Below, in pieces: positions 8,851 to 17,724 of a stretch of 64,000 nucleotides of DNA (position 1 is its first letter; every line of letters begins with the position of its first letter). A program made the position numbers and the translations under genes. The stretch spans positions 1 to 64,000 of the IMG/VR virus record IMGVR_UViG_3300033150_001135; one strand, given 5' to 3'. Source of the stretch: a virus. The notes under the pieces were generated by a model, which saw only the letters and a program-made list of their open reading frames with translations, was not told the DNA's origin and did not search any database.

Positions 8851-9939
8851 ATGCTCATAGCTTCCGAGTTATTGAAGTCTGCGGTACCAGAGCTTATGGA
8901 AGCCGATAAGGCTCTGACTCAGGTGTCTTATAGAGACTTAGTAACTACTGCTCAGACAAACACTTTCTTCCTTCTTGGTATGAGAGACAAAGAAATGATG
9001 CAGGCAGGGTTCGCTGCCTACCGGAAAGCTATGCAGGCGTTTGAGAATGAGGTATTTGATATTTATAGTCGTTTTAGGGCAGGGACATACAATAAACTTC
9101 AAGCAGTCAACGCCTTCAAAGAAGTTTGTGGTAGACGGTATACAGAAATGTTTGCTGCCGGTACTCAAGCAATAGGAGTTGATCCAGGAAAGACAGGAGT
9201 AAAGATTGGATTCGGAGCTAATCCTTATTATAGGGATATTGGATTAACTAGGAAAGATAAAGCTTTTCTCAATCACATGCGGAGAGAAGAGCTTCGATAT
9301 TGGAGAAATTTTCTTAATGATATCGACGATCCTAATCATATACCCCGACACCCGTATGATAAAAGGGCAATGTATTACGCTAAGTCTGGCAGAAGCGCCT
9401 TCATGAACGGTATGGTGGCGGGAGCGGGGACTGAGTTAGAAGTGCATTGGATACTAGGTGGGGGAAAACCTTGTCACGACTGTATCGATCTTGCTAGTCG
9501 TAAATGGACATGGAAAGAACTACCCACTACACCTAGAGCTGGAGGGACTAGATGTCTTATGAATTGTCACTGTCATCTTGAGTTCAGAGAACCGTCGAAA
9601 GCTGTTCATGTGGAGACTCCAGGAAGTGGAACAGTAGAGGCTCTTATGGCAGCAGGTCGTTATGCCCGTGTACTAGGACGTAAAGGAGAGGATATCACAG
9701 GACCACTACGAACAGAGTTAGAAGCAATGTATGCTCGTATGTATAAAGCACGACAGATGATGGAACTTAGTGACGATACGATGTATTGGATGAGGCAACG
9801 TAAAGCACTTAACAAAATGATTATAGATCGTATGGAGGCAGGAGGGTTTACAGTAAAACCTACTGTATCAGTAAAAGATTTGGTGGCGATGGCAAAGAAG
9901 GCAGCCGATGAAGGATACGATCTTGTAAGAAAAGTTTAG
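8851..9939 (+). CDS. MuF-like minor head protein
   Basis: Follows portal; HW..PCHDC...PRAG.TRCLMNCHC Cys/His motif. Confidence 0.65.
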   Translation: MLIASELLKSAVPELMEADKALTQVSYRDLVTTAQTNTFFLLGMRDKEMMQAGFAAYRKAMQAFENEVFDIYSRFRAGTYNKLQAVNAFKEVCGRRYTEMFAAGTQAIGVDPGKTGVKIGFGANPYYRDIGLTRKDKAFLNHMRREELRYWRNFLNDIDDPNHIPRHPYDKRAMYYAKSGRSAFMNGMVAGAGTELEVHWILGGGKPCHDCIDLASRKWTWKELPTTPRAGGTRCLMNCHCHLEFREPSKAVHVETPGSGTVEALMAAGRYARVLGRKGEDITGPLRTELEAMYARMYKARQMMELSDDTMYWMRQRKALNKMIIDRMEAGGFTVKPTVSVKDLVAMAKKAADEGYDLVRKV

Positions 9940-9961
9940 TTCCTTATCAGTAGGTGACGAG

Positions 9962-10678
9962 GTGATGCTTCTAAGAGCCGACTACTCAGCAAAAGGAATA
10001 ATAACATCTAGAGGTGGACAACTTTTCTTCAAGAATGCTAAGGGTATGGAAATTGCTTTAGATGGTGAGAAAGATATTCTTTTTATGATCAAGAAAAGTG
10101 GCCCGGGGATATCAAAAAGTACGGTGACAAGTGAAGAAGCTTACGTGGTGGATGGATGGACAAGATTGCAGTTTCCTTGGTATAGAAAAATACTTAGTGT
10201 TCCTAAATCAGAAAGACAAAGAGTATGGGCAAAAGTTTTTAGCTCCGATAGAATAGAAGAGGCTAATATTTTAGAGGAAATGTTTTCGAAATACTCTTCG
10301 GTATCCTCTAACAAGACCCTTTGGAGAGGATTGAATAACGTAAGTGATGATGTATACGAGAGAGTTTTAGGGTTGAAACCTGGAGAGGTTCTTTCAGTAG
10401 ATACTACTGTTTCTTCTTGGTCTGCTAGAAAAACAGTAGCTGCTAGATATAGTAATAATGGTATATTATTTAAGTTAAATCCTGGTAGAACGAGAACAAA
10501 GGAGTTGGATATCTCTCTATTGTCGAGTCATCCTACTGAGCAGGAGGTAATTATACAAAATACAGAATTTAGAGTGGTAAAGGTGGAAAAGATTCCCTAC
10601 AAGTCTTTATCGTCAGTATCGTATGGTGGTAAAGAAGCTTTTAAGGATACTATAATGGTGACTTTGAAGGAGCTTTAA
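9962..10678 (+). CDS. ADP-ribosyltransferase (R-S-E clan); probably the C-terminal part of the MuF gene, +1 frameshifted
   Basis: LWRG, SSWS, EQEVI motifs; frame is open back to 9929. Confidence 0.7.
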   Translation: MMLLRADYSAKGIITSRGGQLFFKNAKGMEIALDGEKDILFMIKKSGPGISKSTVTSEEAYVVDGWTRLQFPWYRKILSVPKSERQRVWAKVFSSDRIEEANILEEMFSKYSSVSSNKTLWRGLNNVSDDVYERVLGLKPGEVLSVDTTVSSWSARKTVAARYSNNGILFKLNPGRTRTKELDISLLSSHPTEQEVIIQNTEFRVVKVEKIPYKSLSSVSYGGKEAFKDTIMVTLKEL

Positions 10679-10980
10679 TGAATAAGAAAGAAAGAGAAGA
10701 ATTAGCAATTCGATTATCGGAGCAAGAAAGTTGGAAGGATGCTTTAGTTAAGTTGCCTCCTGAGAGACGAGATAGAGCAGTTGGCTTACCGGAGCATCCA
10801 AAGGAACGAAAGAAGGCGCTTAGAAGAATATTTAACAAAGATGAGAAGTTAGTGAATTACTTTATCAAATGTTACGACGAAGCATTGGAAACAGGTTCTG
10901 GGGTACCTTACGAGAGAGCTTGGATTATGTTTCGGGAACGGTACACAGAGAATGAAGAGGGGGAATGGGTTCTCGAATGA
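10678..10980 (+). CDS. Hypothetical protein, possible immunity partner of the ART
   Basis: Translationally coupled directly behind the toxin-like domain. Confidence 0.45.
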   Translation: MNKKEREELAIRLSEQESWKDALVKLPPERRDRAVGLPEHPKERKKALRRIFNKDEKLVNYFIKCYDEALETGSGVPYERAWIMFRERYTENEEGEWVLE

Positions 10981-11357
10981 GTAATACTATAAAACGAATT
11001 ATATTCTTTCAAAAATTTGCTCTTTTTACAGTTATGGCGCAAGCGTTGGGGATTAGATTCATTATAACTGCTTTTCATCGTACAAAGGAGCAACAGAGTA
11101 GACGATATGCTCAAGGGCGCACAGCACCTGGGAAGATAGTAACGGATTGTGATGGAGAGGTGAAACGATCTTTTCATCAGGATTGGCTTGCTATCGACCT
11201 TGTTATAATAAAAGATGGGAAATGTGTTTGGGAAAGAACTAACGAATACGAAACCTTAGGGAAACTTTGGAAGCAAGTCTTCAAAGGAACTTGGGGGGGA
11301 GATTGGAGGTTGAATGATATTTACCATTTTCAATACAAAGGAGAGGAAAGTAAATGA
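10977..11357 (+). CDS. M15-family peptidoglycan peptidase (endolysin-like)
   Basis: RTKEQQ..YAQGRT.PG.IVT, SFHQDWLAID, WGGDW...DIYHFQ. Confidence 0.85.
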   Translation: MSNTIKRIIFFQKFALFTVMAQALGIRFIITAFHRTKEQQSRRYAQGRTAPGKIVTDCDGEVKRSFHQDWLAIDLVIIKDGKCVWERTNEYETLGKLWKQVFKGTWGGDWRLNDIYHFQYKGEESK

Positions 11358-12745
11358 GTAAACTTAATGAGAAGGATAGAGAGTTTATCCGGACTCAAGT
11401 TTCGGAAAGAAAGGTGCATCCTTACGATTTGTGGGAGGAGTATTATAAGGATAAAGTAAGATATAGTACAATTCGTAGTATACTTTCAGATGCAGGAATT
11501 AGTTTTCAAGGATTCAAAAGAAAAATACAGAAAGAAGTGCAGGAGAAAGAAGCATTCGAGATTTCAAAAACGTCGAAAGGCTTAACGGCAGAAGTACGAA
11601 TAAAGACTGAGAAAGGGGAAGAAATAAGTTTTCAAGACTTACTTGAGAATCCAAAATTTAAACGAGTAATAGATGCAGGGGGAATTGACTTAGTTAACTA
11701 CTACGTAGACCGGTTTGTTACGAATAGTTGGGATGTAACCAACAAGAATGGGCAGACTTATACGAATCACCAGTTTAAAATATGGTGGAGACTAAGAGTT
11801 CCCGAACCTTTAGAAATAGCTATCAAGAATATAGAAAAAAATATTGCTAATCTTAAAAGACCTACTTCTAAACTTCCCACAACAAGGGTATTGGGGAGTA
11901 GAATGATTGAAGTGGCACTTTACGATGTGCATTTTGCATCACTAGCTTGGGCAGAGGAAACAGGGGAGGATTATGATCTTACTATAGGCAGGAAAGTTTA
12001 TGCAAATGCTATTGATCAACTACTACATAGAGTTGAAGGAATGGATATCGACTACTTCCTTTTTCCTATAGGGAACGACTTCTTCCATGTAAACGATTTT
12101 ACTAACCAAACCCCTACTAATAGGAATCTTTTAGATGTGGATAGTAGATTAGCGAAGATTATTGAGCAAGGGCAGTATATGTTGATTGATAGTATTGAAA
12201 GGTTAAAAGTGGTTGCGCCTGTGAAGCTTTTCTGGATTCCGGGTAATCATGACCCACAAACAAGTTTCTATCTTCTCCGTATACTAGATGCTTGGTATAA
12301 AGAAGATACTAGAGTAGAAGTGGATACATCACCCAAGATTCGAAAGTATAAAGTATATGGAAAAAACTTGATTGGTTTCCTACATGGTTGTGAATTAGTT
12401 AGAGCTAAACATTATCAGTTACCAGGACTAATGGCAGATGAAGCTTCAGACTTATGGAAACCGAACCAGTATAGAGAAATACATATGGGGCATACGCATA
12501 GTAAGAATGAAATGATTTTTAATTCTGCTAGTGCTTATGGTTCAGTAGTAGTTAGGGTAATTCCATCTATTGCTGGTACTGATGCTTGGCATTTTGCAAA
12601 AGGATATGTTAAAACAACTAAAACTGCCCAGTTCTTTGTATGGCGTAAGAATTATGGGTTGGAAAGTGTACAGGATATACATATTCCTAGTAATTTGTAT
12701 AAGGACTATACAAGAAAGAAGTATGATTCTAATAAAAGGAGATAA
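11354..12745 (+). CDS. Calcineurin-like metallophosphoesterase with N-terminal extension
   Basis: DVH, GND, GNHD, HG and GHTH motifs in order. Confidence 0.85.
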   Translation: MSKLNEKDREFIRTQVSERKVHPYDLWEEYYKDKVRYSTIRSILSDAGISFQGFKRKIQKEVQEKEAFEISKTSKGLTAEVRIKTEKGEEISFQDLLENPKFKRVIDAGGIDLVNYYVDRFVTNSWDVTNKNGQTYTNHQFKIWWRLRVPEPLEIAIKNIEKNIANLKRPTSKLPTTRVLGSRMIEVALYDVHFASLAWAEETGEDYDLTIGRKVYANAIDQLLHRVEGMDIDYFLFPIGNDFFHVNDFTNQTPTNRNLLDVDSRLAKIIEQGQYMLIDSIERLKVVAPVKLFWIPGNHDPQTSFYLLRILDAWYKEDTRVEVDTSPKIRKYKVYGKNLIGFLHGCELVRAKHYQLPGLMADEASDLWKPNQYREIHMGHTHSKNEMIFNSASAYGSVVVRVIPSIAGTDAWHFAKGYVKTTKTAQFFVWRKNYGLESVQDIHIPSNLYKDYTRKKYDSNKRR

Positions 12746-12750
12746 TACGA

Positions 12751-13038
12751 ATGAAAGTACAAGAAGAAACGATTGAAAAAACTTTTCCTATTGGTAAGGA
12801 GGTTGATGTAAGTAATTTCATTTACATGTTATACCGGTATCCAAAAGGAGAAAACATAAAGATTGAGCATCCTAAGATTGTGATCAACAGGGGGGACGAG
12901 CATACTATAATTGATGAAGAAGGGCAAGAGCACGTGGCTAGGTTGGAAAATTGCTTCCACATAAAATGGAAGACACAGTCGGGTACTAGAAAAAAAGACT
13001 TGAAGAAAGAACTTCTAATGGAAAAGGAGAAGATGTAA
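12751..13038 (+). CDS. Hypothetical protein
   Basis: ORF with AAGGAG RBS. Confidence 0.5.
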   Translation: MKVQEETIEKTFPIGKEVDVSNFIYMLYRYPKGENIKIEHPKIVINRGDEHTIIDEEGQEHVARLENCFHIKWKTQSGTRKKDLKKELLMEKEKM

Positions 13039-13970
13039 TGCCTTTGCCTACAGTACGAGGACCTGAGAAGAGAGAAAGTTTCTTGGGTCGTTGTATGGGA
13101 GACAAAGTAATGAATGACGAGTACCCTGATAGGAGTCAGAGGTATGCTATATGTAATAGTATATGGAGAAAAGCTAAGAAGGAGGAGGATAGGAGAATGT
13201 TAGGGACAATAGTTGCGGCTTTGAGAAGGAGGAAATTGGAGGTTCAAGAAGGTGTGGTATCCTATGGAAACCTTCCTTTTGCAGATGTTAAAGTGAAGTG
13301 GGATGCTGCTGCGGCAAAGGAAAGAGTTAGAAAATGGGCAGGAGGAGACAAAGATAAAATTGACTGGGCAAAGTATAGAAAGGCATTTCTTTGGTATGAT
13401 GTGAAGGACCCTGAAAATTTTGGTTCCTATAAACTACCTATAGCTGACGTTATCGGAGGAGTGTTAAAAGTAGTTCCAAAAGCAGTGATGGCGGCTGGTG
13501 GGGTTATGCGAGGAGCCAGAGGTGGAGTTAGTATACCAAGTAGCGATAAGAGTAAAATTAAAAATATTCTACAAAAGTACTATCATAAAATGGATAGGAA
13601 AGCTCCTTGGGAAGATTCTATACAAGTTTCTGGTATCGTTTTATGGGAAGCATTTATCGTTTTATGGGAAGCATTCCCATCGTTACGACAGGCTATTAAT
13701 ACAGCAGTAGAGGATGCACTCGGGGATTCTTACTTAGTAGTGGATTTTTCAAATAAAGAAATTATTGCGCATAACTCGGAAACAGATCAGTATTACAAAA
13801 TACCGTATAGGTTTACGAAAACACAAGGAGTGGAATTTACTGGAGGAGTAAAGGAGGTAAAGAAGGTAGTTAGTTACGTAGAACAAAATCTATCCACAAA
13901 GGACCTAGTTGATACTGCAAAAGCTAACATGGATGCTTTTGAGTTTTTATTACAGGAGACTAAGAAATGA
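13038..13970 (+). CDS. Multidomain head-module protein
   Basis: MPLP..FLGRCM..EYPD..QRYAIC domain plus WD..AA..R..W..YKLPIADV..GARGG domain, which is often linked to prohead proteases. Confidence 0.6.
   Translation: MPLPTVRGPEKRESFLGRCMGDKVMNDEYPDRSQRYAICNSIWRKAKKEEDRRMLGTIVAALRRRKLEVQEGVVSYGNLPFADVKVKWDAAAAKERVRKWAGGDKDKIDWAKYRKAFLWYDVKDPENFGSYKLPIADVIGGVLKVVPKAVMAAGGVMRGARGGVSIPSSDKSKIKNILQKYYHKMDRKAPWEDSIQVSGIVLWEAFIVLWEAFPSLRQAINTAVEDALGDSYLVVDFSNKEIIAHNSETDQYYKIPYRFTKTQGVEFTGGVKEVKKVVSYVEQNLSTKDLVDTAKANMDAFEFLLQETKK
13634..13675 (+). repeat. 21-bp exact tandem duplication (IVLWEAF x2)
   Basis: TATCGTTTTATGGGAAGCATT twice. Confidence 0.9.
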
Positions 13971-15358
13971 AAAGGCAAACTATACTTGAGTACCGAACAC
14001 CGGATGTAGAAGTACTTGAGGAAAAGAAAGTTTCAGAAAGTTCTGAAGATAGAGAAATACAGGTACGAGTTACCTGGCAACAGGCTGGTACAATTAATAA
14101 CAATAATCGTAGATATCGTAGAGAACTTTTGGAGAGGGAAGTTCGTAAGATTATGGAACGTATAAATCGTGGTGAGACTGTTTGGGGATGTGCTTACCAT
14201 CCATCCGACGGACTAGGGGAAACTAGTGATGTTACCCACAAGTGGAATCGTGTTTGGATAGATGAGAAAGGACATTGCGGAGGTGATCTTACAGTTCTCC
14301 CTACTCAGAAAGGTAAGGATATTCAAACTCTTATAAAGAACGGAAAAATTGGGTTAAGTTCTAGAGGGTTTGGTACAGTAACAGAAACTAAAGAAAAAGT
14401 TGGTGGAAAAGAAATCACATTTTTAGATGTGAATGATGACTATGATCTGGTTTCTCCAGGAGACTGGGTTATTAGCCCTTCTGTGACCGGTACTGGAAAC
14501 GAGAAAGTCATGGAAGAAATGCGTATACTAGAGGAACAGTTTAATAAGGCTAGTTCCTTAGAAGATATATCTAATGGAAGAGGTAGAAAAGTGGATAAAA
14601 AAGTGAAGAAAATTGAATCCATTGAGGCTTTGAGGGAAGCGTATCCTGATCTGGTTATTGAAGCTAAGAAGGATGAGTTGGAGAAAGAACTAGACGAAGC
14701 TGTTAAAGAGAAAGCTGCGAAACTTGCTGACGACTTGAAAGAGACTTATGAAGCTACTATAAAAGAAAAAGATGAAGCTATCAAAGTGAGAGATGAAAAG
14801 TTTACTTCTTTTGTAAGTGACTACAGTGCACTTGAAGGAGTTATACCAGAAGATCAGAAAAAAGATGAAGATACTAAAGGATCTGGTGACAATGATGAGA
14901 AAAAGAAGATAGAAAAGTTGGAGAAGAAATTGAAAACTATAGAGGAAGAGAAGAAGAAACTTGAAGAAGAAAAACAGGACAGGGAACTACAGGAAAAACT
15001 GTCCTCTAAGTTGGACAAGGAGTTAGAAAAAGACGAATACAAGAATTATGCTGTTCTGGTGAAAAAAGATTTACTATCAGAAGATGGTAGGATTAATATT
15101 ATTGGATCAGAAGAGGAAGTGGAAGAAGTGGTTAAAGCGACTTACAATAAAATTTCCAACTACATTACTGAAGCTAAGAAAGCCAATGCAAAGAAGAGTG
15201 GATTCGATGAAAAGGGTCACATAAAAGACCCAGAAGGTGAAAGTAAAGAGAATAAAGAAGAAAAAGAAATTAAAGATCAGAGGCAGTTCCAAGAGGCTGT
15301 AAACTCTGGATACAAAGGTACTTTCGAAGAATTCAAGAAAGATATCCTTGGAGAATAA
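13967..15358 (+). CDS. Prohead protease (T4 gp21-like) fused to a coiled-coil scaffold
   Basis: NNNNRRY, YHP, VTH, IGLSSRGFG, DWVISPS; charged coiled-coil C-terminal half. Confidence 0.85.
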   Translation: MKRQTILEYRTPDVEVLEEKKVSESSEDREIQVRVTWQQAGTINNNNRRYRRELLEREVRKIMERINRGETVWGCAYHPSDGLGETSDVTHKWNRVWIDEKGHCGGDLTVLPTQKGKDIQTLIKNGKIGLSSRGFGTVTETKEKVGGKEITFLDVNDDYDLVSPGDWVISPSVTGTGNEKVMEEMRILEEQFNKASSLEDISNGRGRKVDKKVKKIESIEALREAYPDLVIEAKKDELEKELDEAVKEKAAKLADDLKETYEATIKEKDEAIKVRDEKFTSFVSDYSALEGVIPEDQKKDEDTKGSGDNDEKKKIEKLEKKLKTIEEEKKKLEEEKQDRELQEKLSSKLDKELEKDEYKNYAVLVKKDLLSEDGRINIIGSEEEVEEVVKATYNKISNYITEAKKANAKKSGFDEKGHIKDPEGESKENKEEKEIKDQRQFQEAVNSGYKGTFEEFKKDILGE

Positions 15359-15372
15359 TAGAGGGGATAAAA

Positions 15373-16593
15373 GTGTTTTTAACTGAGACTATAGAAAAGT
15401 ATTTAGAAGAGCAGAAAGATCGAATGGTCAAGCTGGATGAGAAAGAAAATGTTGCTATACCATCACCAGCACGGGATAGAAAAACTGGAAGAACTCTTTC
15501 AGTGCAAGAGGTTCTTTACGGGAACACAATCGATTGGTTGAAAGGAAAAGAAGCACACGAAGCACTTGGTATGGAATTTATGCGGTTGGACAAGCAGTTA
15601 ACTGAAACTGATTTTACGCTTTCAAGTGATGCTCCTACGTTTACTACTCAGATGCTTCCGATTGTTCGGAGAATTTATAGTCGTATGATTAGTATAGACC
15701 TTGTTTCTACGCAGCCAATGACTGGTCCTACTGGGTACATCTACTATTTGGATAAAACCTATGGTGATACTGATGGTACTAGTGGGATTACTTCAGGTGA
15801 TCGTATGGATCAAAAGACTCCTACTAATTATGTGAGAAGTAGTGAACAGGGGACAATTCGTGAAATTAGTATGAAACTTACAAGGAAACTTATTGAAGCT
15901 GGTACTGACAAGTTGAAAGCGGACTGGACATTAGAAGCTGACCAGGATTGGAAAAGTCAGTATAAAGTTGATATTGAGGGTGAATTAGTTCCTGACCTTG
16001 CAGACGAAATTCGAAGAGAGTTGGATCGTAAGATTCTAGACGCTCTTATTGCTGGTGTTGCTCATACAGTTACTTGGAATCCTACTGGTTATCTTGCAGG
16101 TGACACTGATTCTGTTTCTCGAGCAGCTTATCGTAGTACAATCTATGATACTTTAGCGGATGCTAAAGCATGGATAATGGAAAACAAAGTTCTTGATCGT
16201 ATAGATGTTGATTGGTGGTTGGTGATGAGTCCTACTACTTGGGCACGATTTGAAAAGTTAGAGAATCATAATATAGCTCCAATTAGTATTGATCGTACAA
16301 CTGCAGTTGGTAGGAGATTCGAAGGAGTTATTGATAATCGTTGGAAAGTGTATATTAGTAACTATATTGATGACAACAAAATACTTGTTGGAATCAAAGG
16401 TGGGTGGAAGTACGCAGTTGGTTACTATGCTCCGTACATTCCTATGTACACTTCTCCACGATACATTGTTAGTGACGATTTTACTCAGTATGCAAGAGGG
16501 GCTATGTCTCGTTATGCCTATGGTGTAATTCCTGAGACTAGTACTGGAACAACCAACAATGGTTTAGTTCTAATTAATCTTGCCTCAAGCTAA
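15373..16593 (+). CDS. Major capsid protein, T4 gp23-like
   Basis: LPIVRR..VSTQPMTGPTGYIYYL, KLKADWTLEA.QD, YAPYIPM, MSRYA. Confidence 0.92.
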   Translation: MFLTETIEKYLEEQKDRMVKLDEKENVAIPSPARDRKTGRTLSVQEVLYGNTIDWLKGKEAHEALGMEFMRLDKQLTETDFTLSSDAPTFTTQMLPIVRRIYSRMISIDLVSTQPMTGPTGYIYYLDKTYGDTDGTSGITSGDRMDQKTPTNYVRSSEQGTIREISMKLTRKLIEAGTDKLKADWTLEADQDWKSQYKVDIEGELVPDLADEIRRELDRKILDALIAGVAHTVTWNPTGYLAGDTDSVSRAAYRSTIYDTLADAKAWIMENKVLDRIDVDWWLVMSPTTWARFEKLENHNIAPISIDRTTAVGRRFEGVIDNRWKVYISNYIDDNKILVGIKGGWKYAVGYYAPYIPMYTSPRYIVSDDFTQYARGAMSRYAYGVIPETSTGTTNNGLVLINLASS

Positions 16594-16632
16594 GCCTAAA
16601 CTGAGTGACGTTGGAGAAGAGCTAAGAGCTAA

Positions 16633-16662
16633 GGAGGGGCTTAAAGCCCCTCCAAGGCTTTT
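16633..16662 (+). terminator. Hairpin after the capsid gene (weak intrinsic terminator/attenuator)
   Basis: GGAGGGGCT-TAA-AGCCCCTCC with a short, displaced T-tract. Confidence 0.6.
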
Positions 16663-16690
16663 GTAAAATGGAATAGAAAGAAATAAGTAA

Positions 16691-17719
16691 ATGAAGTCGT
16701 TATTTCAGACAGCAGTAAACGACACAGAAATGTCCCGAGGTTACTATGACCGTATGGGGGAGTGTGTAGTGGTACCTAAGAATACATTTATTAATACTTC
16801 AGAGTTACCATATACCCCAGAACTTACGAAGGTGAACAGTATTTATAAATTTTTAGAAAAAGAAGGGACGAAGAAGATACGGATACATCGTACTATAGCG
16901 TTGGGAGATACTTTAATGGTAGTTCCTGTAGTACGGTATCTTGAGAAAAAAGGATTTAATGTTTTAGTTACAACAAAGAGAGAGTTTTTGCCTATACTAC
17001 GAGCTTTAGATATTCAAGCACTACCATATAAGAAATACGTGGGTAGCTCTAATGGATCTTATAGTATTAACTTGGATGGTACTGTGGAACAAGACCATCA
17101 CCGTCCTAAGTTACAGAAATTACCTAGAGTATACATCTACTTCAACATGTTGGGGGTGTTTACCCCTCCTAAGTTTTTGGATTGGAGTTACAACAGTAAG
17201 AATTTTCCAGTCACTAATGAAAAGAAACCGTATATAGTGTTTCAAGGACAAGGGTCTACGAATGCAAAGTCTTTGTCCCGTGGTGTAATACAAAAGGTTT
17301 TGAAACTTCTTTCTGATCAGAAGTATAACGTAGTATACGTTGGGGATAAGATTCCTTTACGACCTCCAAAAAATGTACGGTTACTATTTAAGAAATGTTC
17401 TATTCTTGAACTTTTTTCACTTATAGAGAGGGCGGAATGCCTTATAACAATGGATTCTGCCCCACTTTGGATATCACACTTTACGAAGACGCCGGTAGTA
17501 GGTATTTTTGGACCAACTGATGGTAGAAACAGACTAAAGTTACATCCATTGTACCCGCATAAAGTAACGGCTATACAGTTAAGTAAACGATTTAGTTGTC
17601 CTTGTTGCTTTGAAGTAGCTAAACGATGTAATTATAACTATAGATGTTTACGTGAGTTAACTGGTGACGAATTATTCGGGTTGATTAAGTTTAAATTGGA
17701 TGTGTTAAAGAAAGGATAG
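16691..17719 (+). CDS. Glycosyltransferase family 9 (heptosyltransferase-like)
   Basis: ALGDTLM..P, ITMDSAPLWI, VGIFGPTD, C.CC...C...C tail. Confidence 0.85.
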   Translation: MKSLFQTAVNDTEMSRGYYDRMGECVVVPKNTFINTSELPYTPELTKVNSIYKFLEKEGTKKIRIHRTIALGDTLMVVPVVRYLEKKGFNVLVTTKREFLPILRALDIQALPYKKYVGSSNGSYSINLDGTVEQDHHRPKLQKLPRVYIYFNMLGVFTPPKFLDWSYNSKNFPVTNEKKPYIVFQGQGSTNAKSLSRGVIQKVLKLLSDQKYNVVYVGDKIPLRPPKNVRLLFKKCSILELFSLIERAECLITMDSAPLWISHFTKTPVVGIFGPTDGRNRLKLHPLYPHKVTAIQLSKRFSCPCCFEVAKRCNYNYRCLRELTGDELFGLIKFKLDVLKKG

Positions 17720-17724
17720 TAGTA

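Noticed and set aside
6947-16593. Archaeal host suggested by the head/tail combination
   Set aside because: Sigma70 promoters, peptidoglycan hydrolases, a beta-clamp-like gene and heptose enzymes favour a bacterial host.
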